Shown: one piece after another, positions 56,953 through 64,000 of the stretch
Position numbering within the stretch: the stretch's first letter is position 1
How the letters are laid out: each line of letters begins with the position of its first letter
IMG/VR virus record: IMGVR_UViG_3300005573_000070
Origin: a virus
DNA length: 64,000 nt
Reading direction: 5' to 3' (one strand)
Notes under the pieces: model-generated
What the model was told of the DNA's origin: nothing
The model's database searches: none
The model's input: the letters and a program-made list of their open reading frames with translations, nothing else
Position numbers and translations under genes: made by a program

Positions 56953-57618
56953 TTACTTACTCCCTACCACAATTTTTGGTGAGCAGAATTCTTTAACCTC
57001 ACAATAACTACATAGTTCGGATGGTTCCGGTTCTGGTAAAGTTCCTTTTTCAAGAGATGTACTAAGAATTTCTAGTCTCTTGCTTATATCGACTGGTTCT
57101 TCGTCAATATAAACGGTATAAATCATTTTGCCGACAAAAACAATAGCTATCTTTTCTACTGGTAGATCTAACATCTGTTTGTAAATGCTCAATTGTTTTT
57201 TGTACCAGGGTTTGACCGACGAACTTGTTTTAAAATCGTAAATTGTTTTTGTTTTGTAGCTATAAAGATCAAGGGTACCGGTCAATATGTTCGGTCCGTA
57301 CCTCTTCTCCATTTTATATTCGGACAAATATCCCTGTTTTGTTTTAAAATAGTCTGACAAACTTCTGTGAACAAGAATACCGTTAACTGCGGCGATCACT
57401 CCGTTAATACTCATGAAGTAATCCTTTGTTAACTGTAAAACGGTTCTACGTAAACAGCTTGTTATCTGAGAAACTGAGAACTGGGAATGTTCTTTGAAAT
57501 AACTAATCTGATTATCGACAAAAATATCGATAACAAAGGACGGGGTACATCGAGCGGAACATTTCAAACAATCCTTAAACAACACTTTTCCTTTTAAACA
57601 GTTAATCCCTTTGATCAT
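56953..57618 (-). CDS. Cas4-like PD-(D/E)xK exonuclease
   Basis: G.LD, DFKT, QLSIY, C.YC...C. Confidence 0.8.
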   Translation of the reverse strand: MIKGINCLKGKVLFKDCLKCSARCTPSFVIDIFVDNQISYFKEHSQFSVSQITSCLRRTVLQLTKDYFMSINGVIAAVNGILVHRSLSDYFKTKQGYLSEYKMEKRYGPNILTGTLDLYSYKTKTIYDFKTSSSVKPWYKKQLSIYKQMLDLPVEKIAIVFVGKMIYTVYIDEEPVDISKRLEILSTSLEKGTLPEPEPSELCSYCEVKEFCSPKIVVGSK

Positions 57619-57638
57619 TTGGTTCTTGTTCCCCTCTC

Positions 57639-57709
57639 ATCTGATTGAAAAATGAAAGGAACTGAGAGATCGTTGGTCCGAACACAAATCTTCCATTTTT
57701 CAATCGGAT
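57639..57709. repeat. TTGAAAAATG...CATTTTTCAA inverted-arm element, copy 2
   Basis: atctgattgaaaaatg / catttttcaatcggat. Confidence 0.8.
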
Positions 57710-57722
57710 TTCGAATCAAAAC

Positions 57723-57747
57723 AGGTCCATTTATCGGACCAGACCAC
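57723..57747 (+). repeat. solo right-end copy of miniature element
   Basis: aggtccatttatcggaccagaccac. Confidence 0.8.
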
Positions 57748-57811
57748 AACCATTTATTCCTGACAGGCAAAACTACCTTGTTTTTCAAATTCATTATGCT
57801 CTTGGTCAGAG

Positions 57812-59503
57812 TTAAAGTTTAGGGATATACTGGAGCAACTCGTACGGGATCGATTCGACCATATGTCTTGGTAACGTGATCTGACTACCAAGTTCCGTAG
57901 CTCGTCCTGTATCTCCTTTTTTATGGAAATGTTCTAACATCTCAAGCTGGACATCCAATGGTATCTGGATATTTTCTCTTGCGGCGAGATCAAAGGCTTG
58001 TTCATAAAGTTTGACCCCGACCATATTAGTTGAAGGATTGAGTAACCAGTCAAAAAGGGCAGGTGCTGTTACAAAATGCGACGCTTCATCAAAATCTTCA
58101 AAAAAGGACGCACTAAGGATATAAGCGTTCAAATGATCCTTAGGTACCTTCGTAAGGTCGAGGTTCCACCTCTTAACAAACTCTTTCGCAACGGGATAAT
58201 CCAGAGACAATCTCCCCGCGGGAACCAGTTGTTTAAAAATCTCTACTTTCTGGTTGTCTGACAACACACCAAGTTTTTCTGCTATCAAAAGAATATCGTT
58301 AACATCAACACCTTTCACCAAAAGGGAATTTATAATGTTAACTTTTTCTGCATCGGGAACTGGTCCTGCCGCATCCAAAAACTGTAAGATAAGGTCGCTA
58401 CGACCATGACGAACCAACTCCTTAAGGACCCTTACTTTTTGGTCGTCCGTTAGAACAGATGTTAGATTCGGGTCAAGAAGCTGGCGGTCCTTCCCCGAAG
58501 CTATAAGATAATTACAAATTAACAACGTGGTATCATCACCCGGCCTAAATTCTGGATTTATTGATTTTAACTTGTTGACAACACCCCAGATATTGTCGAC
58601 AAACCTCATTAAATTTCTTACAACATAATCAAAGGCTTTGTTCCAATCGACTTGATCCTTCAAAGACATATACACTAACTTAACCTTGTCCCATTCGTCC
58701 CTAAGGATATATTTTATAATTACACTCTGGACATCTTTCTGGACATCTCCTGACCCTCCCAAAGAAATATACTCTTTAACCAGTCGTACAACATCTTCCT
58801 TAGGTAACAGTTCGATCAACAGAGGATAAACTCTATCCCCGCCGGGTATAACTCCTCTGAGAATATCTCCGGCATAACTTTCTGCCAACTCTTGAAGTGT
58901 CCTTTCCTTCGTCCCTATTCTCAACACAGACGGCCTAAACACAGCAACGATCGCGGCCTGGTTTAACAAACTTGCCTTGGTAAATATAGACACAATCAAA
59001 TTCTTACCACTCTCTGACAAGGAATCGTAGTACAAATTGTACCTCTCAACAAGTTTCCTTGCTTCGTCGTACTCCCCAGCCGTAATCAAATCAAAGACCT
59101 GGTTAAGTACACCATAGATGATATGGTTTATAATAACCTCTCTCAAATTTTTATCCTCAAGTATTCTCTTAAGTGCCTCCATTATACTAACTAAATGACC
59201 AACTGCCTCTCTATCCCCGGCCTCGGATATCTCGACCTTTAACTCGTTCACCCTAGCTGAAATAATCTCCTCAACAAGACGATCGTATGATTTAACCCCC
59301 TTTTCTGAAACAGCTTTACCAATCTCAACCATTAACCGCTCTATTTCCTCTACCAACTGAGGTGTAACCTGAATACCCAAAGCCTTCAACTTTCTCTCAA
59401 TTACCGGTACTTCCCTAACCGAAAGCGATACAGGCCGCCCTCTGGGACCACTTTCTGGAACCTTAACCTCTTCTTCCTCCGCCACTTTTAACCACTGACT
59501 CAT
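57812..59503 (-). CDS. large helical-repeat hypothetical protein
   Basis: Start reassigned to ATG 59503 (AGGAGG RBS); begins MSQWLKVAEEEE. Confidence 0.6.
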   Translation of the reverse strand: MSQWLKVAEEEEVKVPESGPRGRPVSLSVREVPVIERKLKALGIQVTPQLVEEIERLMVEIGKAVSEKGVKSYDRLVEEIISARVNELKVEISEAGDREAVGHLVSIMEALKRILEDKNLREVIINHIIYGVLNQVFDLITAGEYDEARKLVERYNLYYDSLSESGKNLIVSIFTKASLLNQAAIVAVFRPSVLRIGTKERTLQELAESYAGDILRGVIPGGDRVYPLLIELLPKEDVVRLVKEYISLGGSGDVQKDVQSVIIKYILRDEWDKVKLVYMSLKDQVDWNKAFDYVVRNLMRFVDNIWGVVNKLKSINPEFRPGDDTTLLICNYLIASGKDRQLLDPNLTSVLTDDQKVRVLKELVRHGRSDLILQFLDAAGPVPDAEKVNIINSLLVKGVDVNDILLIAEKLGVLSDNQKVEIFKQLVPAGRLSLDYPVAKEFVKRWNLDLTKVPKDHLNAYILSASFFEDFDEASHFVTAPALFDWLLNPSTNMVGVKLYEQAFDLAARENIQIPLDVQLEMLEHFHKKGDTGRATELGSQITLPRHMVESIPYELLQYIPKL

Positions 59504-59687
59504 AACTCTCCTCCTATAATGCAAAATTCTGTACAGTCTTTAAAAACTACAAAATACCGCACTTGTCAAGTTATCCGGTAACAAAGCTCTGGAGGAGTAT
59601 GGAGGATGATGGAGGATGATATATCTCCCTCTATGATATGACATGATATGATAGATATAAATAAAATAAAAATATCTAGATTTTAAC

Positions 59688-59731
59688 TTTTTGGGGGAGT
59701 AATATTATAAATATATTACTCCACCCAAAAA
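59688..59731. repeat. long palindrome
   Basis: tttttgggggagtaatat-tataaat-atattactcc(a)cccaaaaa. Confidence 0.85.
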
Positions 59732-59987
59732 GAATATATTTAACCTGAAACATTTTTGGTCAAATGGTACCACGATGGACGGGTCCTTTGTTCTTTTACT
59801 TATCAACAATTGGGAACGTTTTATAGTCCGTTCTCTTTCACTCCCGGAGAAAAATATCGTTTTATAAAGAACTCATACATAACCACAGCCCTATCTAAGC
59901 TATCCATCCCGCCGCCACATTGAACCAGATATTGTACGCCCCGGCAAACTGAACTTGCCAACTTTTCATCCAATTTTCAAATCTATC

Positions 59988-60066
59988 AAATCTCATTGAA
60001 AAATGAAAGGAAATCGAGTGACTGGGGTGTCTAATCTCACATCTTGTTCATTTTTCAATAAGATTT
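59988..60066. repeat. TTGAAAAATGAA...TTCATTTTTCAA inverted-arm element, copy 3
   Basis: aaatctcattgaaaaatgaa / ttcatttttcaataagattt. Confidence 0.8.
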
Positions 60067-60075
60067 CGAACTAAA

Positions 60076-60178
60076 GGTCACTCAGACAATCAAAAATCGC
60101 AAAAAATAAAAGCGATCTGCATCAAAACAATATAAACATATTAGCCTATATGGGTCAACTTAAAATTTTTGAGATTTT
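60076..60178 (-). repeat. ~100-bp repeat, copy 2 (inverted relative to 6550-6648)
   Basis: Direct base comparison shows few differences. Confidence 0.9.
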
Positions 60179-60478
60179 TTAAAGTCTCTGTCCAATGTCT
60201 AATGGTCACCTAAAATACACCAATCTCCTGACCATAATACTCCCTAAGAAAGTCTATTATTGAGCCAGACCGTTTTTAAAATCGCATAAAACAAGTTAAA
60301 CTTCAACGACATTCAATTATTTTTTGTTCTTAATGTTTTCCTATTCAAAACCAAAAATATCTCAAAATATCGCAAATTTGACAGGTTTTTAGCGATTTGT
60401 ACCATATTATACCTTACTTACCAGTTAAAACCACTTTTAGAACCAGTTCTTTAGCGAAAGAACCGGTCTAAAACGGAG

Positions 60479-60512
60479 ATGATCGGTCCAATAACGGTCC
60501 TTTCTCAGGTTA
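60479..60512 (-). repeat. degenerate right-end copy of miniature element
   Basis: aacctgagaaaggaccgttattggaccgatcat. Confidence 0.6.
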
Positions 60513-60635
60513 TATCTTGCCAAAATTCCAGTCTCGTTAAAGGGACAGCTTGATTTCCAGTTTTGGTCTTTAACCAGAACTTTTACAGCTCCTTTACCTA
60601 GGCCATACCAGGTTTAAATGTCAGATTAATGACCT

Positions 60636-60766
60636 GGATCTTTACCAAATTTGTGACTGGGCTTGCCCGGTTTTATTATGGTCCGGAGTCTTTACCTCCT
60701 CTTGGGTCTTTACCGGACAAGTTCGGTCCTTACCAGGTCTTTACCAGATAAAATCTGGTCCTTACT
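60636..60766 (+). repeat. six iteron-like repeats, consensus GGTCYTTACC
   Basis: Copies at about 60636, 60686, 60705, 60725, 60736, 60757. Confidence 0.7.
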
Positions 60767-60900
60767 AGATAAAGACGGTGAGGGCGGATGGTTGGTAATG
60801 GACCAGCCATCCTTATTTGTTTTTTATCCGGACGAAACATTACCTCGGCCCCATTGGTACCGAGGGTTTAAAATTCTAAATAAAAAGGAGGTGAAATAAT

Positions 60901-61230
60901 ATGAACCTGAACGTCACCATCAATAACCTGGAACCGGATCGAGTTTATGCCTTGGTGGTAGAGCAACTGAAAGTCCATAAACTCGATCATTACGTTCCCG
61001 GTACCGGCACATACAATGAGTACGTTGATTGGATTGCGAAGACGTGGCCGTGTTCTCGTGATATAGCTGAAGCCATAGCGCGACATAATATCCGGTGTGT
61101 AATTCCGGCACTGGTCGGTTGTTGGCTTGAACCGTACCGTAAGTATGCCCAAGCCAATGTTGATTTTACAGAGAAGGAGCTGAGGGAACTGGCCCAAGAG
61201 TTCGACAAAATTTTCACAGAAAGGAGGTGA
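60901..61230 (+). CDS. hypothetical early protein
   Basis: AGGAGGTGA RBS. Confidence 0.65.
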   Translation: MNLNVTINNLEPDRVYALVVEQLKVHKLDHYVPGTGTYNEYVDWIAKTWPCSRDIAEAIARHNIRCVIPALVGCWLEPYRKYAQANVDFTEKELRELAQEFDKIFTERR

Positions 61231-61412
61231 TAAAAATGAAATCCGAGTTACTAATCTTGAAGTTGTACTTCTTCCTATGTGGGATCTTGTTAGTCATGTT
61301 GGGCATTACCCAATTCATCAACTGTTTCCCTCTGTTTGTGTTCAAGGCTTACTCTGTGATCATGGTAGTTCTTGGCGGAATGTTTATATATCTAGTACTG
61401 AAAAGGAGGTGA
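61227..61412 (+). CDS. small two-TM membrane protein
   Basis: Two hydrophobic helices; strong RBS. Confidence 0.6.
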   Translation: MIKMKSELLILKLYFFLCGILLVMLGITQFINCFPLFVFKAYSVIMVVLGGMFIYLVLKRR

Positions 61413-61417
61413 TAAAA

Positions 61418-61597
61418 ATGAAACTGAATCTATACCTGGAAGTCAGTTCTGGTCGCATCAAGAACATTTTCTTTGCGACCGGAACCAAAATATACAAGGA
61501 GATTGTAGGCAAAACAAATTTGGTAAAACTGGGACCAAGAGATATCAAGCATCTCTTGGCCGTGTTCAAAAAAGGGGGCTACAAAAATGAAAGGTAG
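61418..61597 (+). CDS. small basic hypothetical protein
   Basis: ATG 61418 with AGGAGGTGA RBS. Confidence 0.55.
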   Translation: MKLNLYLEVSSGRIKNIFFATGTKIYKEIVGKTNLVKLGPRDIKHLLAVFKKGGYKNER

Positions 61598-61885
61598 GAC
61601 AGTCATAACAATAATTCCGAAGAGATTGAGAAAGTACAGCGGTAAAGCGGTAAAGCTGTTAAAAAGAAAGGACTAAATTACGTTATTGAGATCGATCTAG
61701 ATTCCATTACGTGTTATCGGGACTTGTTCTCTGTCTTGGTTCACGAATTTTGCCATGTGGCGTTGTCCATGGTACAAGGCGGATCTAGATTCGATCCAAG
61801 AGAGGAGAAGTTATGCTCCAAAATTGGAGGTTTTGCGAGCTTGGTCCTCCAAAATTTCGTTAAAGGAGGACGGTCCGGTCCATAA
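61587..61885 (+). pseudogene. HExxH metalloprotease-like gene frameshifted by an 8-bp duplication
   Basis: Removing one AGCGGTAA unit gives MKGRTV...VKKKGLNYVIEID...LVHEFCHV...GP*. Confidence 0.7.
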
Positions 61886-61929
61886 TATGTTCTGTGCAAT
61901 TACAAATAGTATCCTCTGAATGTCAGGGG
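61870..61929 (-). mobile_element. 60-bp miniature element
   Basis: TTTA|cccctgacattcagaggatac...atattatggaccggaccgt. Confidence 0.75.
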
Positions 61930-61959
61930 TAAAACAAAAACAAAAGGAGGTACAAAACC

Positions 61960-62403
61960 ATGATGAGCAAAAACGAACAAATGAGGCAAATGTATAAACA
62001 AGGGCTATCAGTAAAAGAGATAGCCCAAAAGCTTGGTGTGCCCTATCAACGGGCGTACCAAGTAACACAAAGAATGCAAAGAACGCAAAATGACAAGAGC
62101 GACCAGGTTGTTCGCGGACCTAAAACATGTCACTTCTGTGGTACTGAGGTCGAATACTGGGTCGCAAAGAATGACTTAGCCATTTGTCCAAGTTGCCTCA
62201 GGGAATTAACAAAACTACTAGTTGCTACCGATTGGGACAACCTCGACCTCAAGGAAGGAGATTGTCCATACTGCAACTGTCACTATATTGGTGTGGAGTA
62301 CAATGGAAAGTTTATTTGCGCTGACTGTTTAACCGAGATGGTGCACGAATGGTTTGAGCCCGGTAGTGTGCGAGAGGAGGTCGACACATCAAACCAGGAT
62401 TAG
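61960..62403 (+). CDS. HTH + two C4 Zn-finger protein
   Basis: LSVKEIAQKLGV; CHFC..CPSC; CPYC..CADC. Confidence 0.7.
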   Translation: MMSKNEQMRQMYKQGLSVKEIAQKLGVPYQRAYQVTQRMQRTQNDKSDQVVRGPKTCHFCGTEVEYWVAKNDLAICPSCLRELTKLLVATDWDNLDLKEGDCPYCNCHYIGVEYNGKFICADCLTEMVHEWFEPGSVREEVDTSNQD

Positions 62404-62419
62404 TGACCTGACTAAAAAT

Positions 62420-62475
62420 GCGGCCTGGTCCAAATAATGGACCTTCTCAATGTATAATCCCCTGAATGTCGGGGT
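62420..62475 (-). mobile_element. 56-bp miniature element
   Basis: TTTA|accccgacattcaggggat...gagaaggtccattatttggaccaggccgc. Confidence 0.75.
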
Positions 62476-62493
62476 TAAAGGAGGTGATATGAA

Positions 62494-63816
62494 ATGAAAA
62501 CAGTAGAACAAAAAGTAAAAGAAGCAATAACAAAACTCAGCTTTTCGTCCTACAGTCCAATCTTCACTAACCTGATCCTGATGACCAAGTTCAAATATGT
62601 GACGAGCGAAGAGTTACCATTTGCTTTTGCTGCAGTGTTACCGAAAGCGGACGGTGTTCTCATTTACATCAACAGCGACCTGATGGGAAATCTTTCAGTT
62701 CCGGCTATTACCTCAGTTTTGGCGCATGAGTACTGGCATATTGTTAACGGTCATTGTTGGTGTCCGCTGCCAAACAGGGAAAAGGACAATGCTGCAGCCG
62801 ACATTGAGATAAACCAGAGTCCATATGTCGAACTTGATAAAATTGGATGTAGCGGCGGCGGCGGCGGCGGTAGTTTTGGCCTCGATCCAGTATTCAAACA
62901 ATACACACTAACCTATGACAAGTTCAATCTTCCAAGTGGTAGATCTCGTGAATTCTACTATGAGAAACTTCCTGATCGGCCTGGCAACGGAAACGGAAGA
63001 GGTAAAGGTAAAGGAGGTGATCAAAAAGGTCGTGGTGGAAGTGGAAATGACCAAAATGGTCAAAAGCAAGGTCGTGGTGGAAGTGGAAATGACCAAAATG
63101 ATCAAAAGCAAGGTCAAGACGAAAATGGTCAAGGTCAGGGCAAGATAAAAGTTGACTCTCATGATCACTGGAACGACTCAGATGTCAAGAACAGCAAAGA
63201 GATTTATAAGAAAATTGTTGAAGAGATCTTGGAGCACATCAAGAACAAAGGGTTGTTGCCTGGCGATGCTCTTGAAGAGATTAAGGCTCGTTGGGCAAAG
63301 AACAGAACACTTGAGCAAATACTCAGACGAATCATTGGTAAACATTACCGTGATTCGCTCAACGAGACTGTAACCAGAACAAGACCTGGCAGAAGAAACC
63401 CGCTTGTTCCTGGTACAAAGAACAATTACGGACCAATGTTCGTGTTCGCTATCGATACATCAGGTTCAATGTCAACTGAGATGTTGGAAGAGTTGATATC
63501 AGTGTTCAAATGGGTAACAAAGAAGTTTGGTCCAACTCCGTTGATACAATGTGATGCTGAGGTACACGAAATGTTAAAAGATATTGGTCACAAGACAGTA
63601 ATACCTGTTAGGGGGCGTGGCGGGACTGATTTTAGGCCAGTGTTCAAGTTCATTGAAGAAAAGTTCAAAAATAAGATTGATGCATTGATCTTTGGTACTG
63701 ATCTGAATGGTGAATATCCAAAATCAGCTCCACCATACAAAGTGTACTGGGTAGTACCAAAAGAAGCGGCAGGTGATAACATAAAACCACCGTTTGGAAC
63801 GGTTGTACAATTATAG
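62494..63816 (+). CDS. metallopeptidase-like (HExxH) + VWA domain protein (DUF2201-like)
   Basis: LAHEYWH, AADIEIN, G/D/Q linker with a 45-nt tandem repeat, MIDAS DTSGS, GRGGTDF. Confidence 0.85.
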   Translation: MKTVEQKVKEAITKLSFSSYSPIFTNLILMTKFKYVTSEELPFAFAAVLPKADGVLIYINSDLMGNLSVPAITSVLAHEYWHIVNGHCWCPLPNREKDNAAADIEINQSPYVELDKIGCSGGGGGGSFGLDPVFKQYTLTYDKFNLPSGRSREFYYEKLPDRPGNGNGRGKGKGGDQKGRGGSGNDQNGQKQGRGGSGNDQNDQKQGQDENGQGQGKIKVDSHDHWNDSDVKNSKEIYKKIVEEILEHIKNKGLLPGDALEEIKARWAKNRTLEQILRRIIGKHYRDSLNETVTRTRPGRRNPLVPGTKNNYGPMFVFAIDTSGSMSTEMLEELISVFKWVTKKFGPTPLIQCDAEVHEMLKDIGHKTVIPVRGRGGTDFRPVFKFIEEKFKNKIDALIFGTDLNGEYPKSAPPYKVYWVVPKEAAGDNIKPPFGTVVQL

Positions 63817-63899
63817 GGCATAACTTAAAGGAGGACAATACTAAGTCCGGGCCAGTAACTCAACTTAATTAAACTCTTGAAAAGGAGGTGAAAAAGAAA

Positions 63900-64000
63900 A
63901 TGAAAATAAGTACATACAAAAAAGTAATACAAAGTGCTATAAAACATAAAATCAAAACACCGATTGTTGCAGTTGGTGTTGCTGGAATTGGTAAAACCCA
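63900..64000 (+). CDS. 5' end of MoxR-like AAA+ ATPase (partial)
   Basis: ATG 63900, Walker A GVAGIGKT; follows VWA gene. Confidence 0.65.
   Translation, partial: MKISTYKKVIQSAIKHKIKTPIVAVGVAGIGKT

Larger units (their letters stand above)
59525..60900. promoter_or_regulatory. divergent non-coding control region; candidate replication origin or genome terminus
   Basis: Strand switch point, AT-rich, with palindromes, iteron-like repeats and no credible long ORF. Confidence 0.55.

Noticed and set aside
123-59000. Numerous + strand ORFs of 60-300 aa opposite the main genes (e.g. 27642..28544, 20238..20720)
   Set aside because: S/F/L-rich antisense shadows of K/E-rich genes, without RBSs.
60663-60899. 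78-aa ORF in the control region
   Set aside because: TTG start without an RBS, and it overlaps the iteron repeats.
7892-62475. Recurring GGTCC-N-GGACC palindromes as a CRISPR array
   Set aside because: Dispersed, in both orientations, with no constant spacer length; explained by the tnpB-bearing copy.
7892-62475. Same repeats as phage late promoters
   Set aside because: Orientation is uncorrelated with transcription direction.
1-64000. tRNA, rRNA, integrase, tnpA or ku genes
   Set aside because: No cloverleaf, rRNA-like tract or diagnostic motifs recognised by eye; tRNAscan and HMM searches were not run.

Overview
A 64-kb segment of a large contractile-tailed (myovirus-like) bacteriophage genome. 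Bacterial-type replication genes, strong AGGAGGTGA RBSs and K/E/I/V-rich proteins suggest a thermophilic bacterial host (inference). The leftward arm (1-59.5 kb) holds tail, head and packaging genes, then a replication/recombination module and a 7-deazaguanine DNA-modification set (queC, folE2, queE, TGT/DpdA-like; no queD here). A 1.4-kb repeat-rich non-coding gap follows, then a rightward arm of probable early genes. Main observations: (1) About 14 dispersed miniature IS200/IS605 elements sit at gene junctions and often supply stop codons. One copy still carries an internally deleted tnpB. (2) A LigD-like ligase-polymerase has its 3'-phosphoesterase domain split into two same-frame halves 5 kb apart, with an element right end at the breakpoint. 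(3) An AcrIII-1 ring-nuclease domain is fused to a ferritin-like domain inside the head module. (4) A shared WL[KR]/[KR]x[AGS] motif marks domain borders in head and putative cargo proteins. (5) There is an intact IscB with its omegaRNA. (6) Rad50 and primase are each split into two genes. (7) Several frameshift sites and long-range inverted repeats are present. Findings 2-4 together suggest a virion-packaged anti-defence and DNA-repair cargo system (hypothesis). All family assignments come from recognising motifs by eye; no database searches were run.
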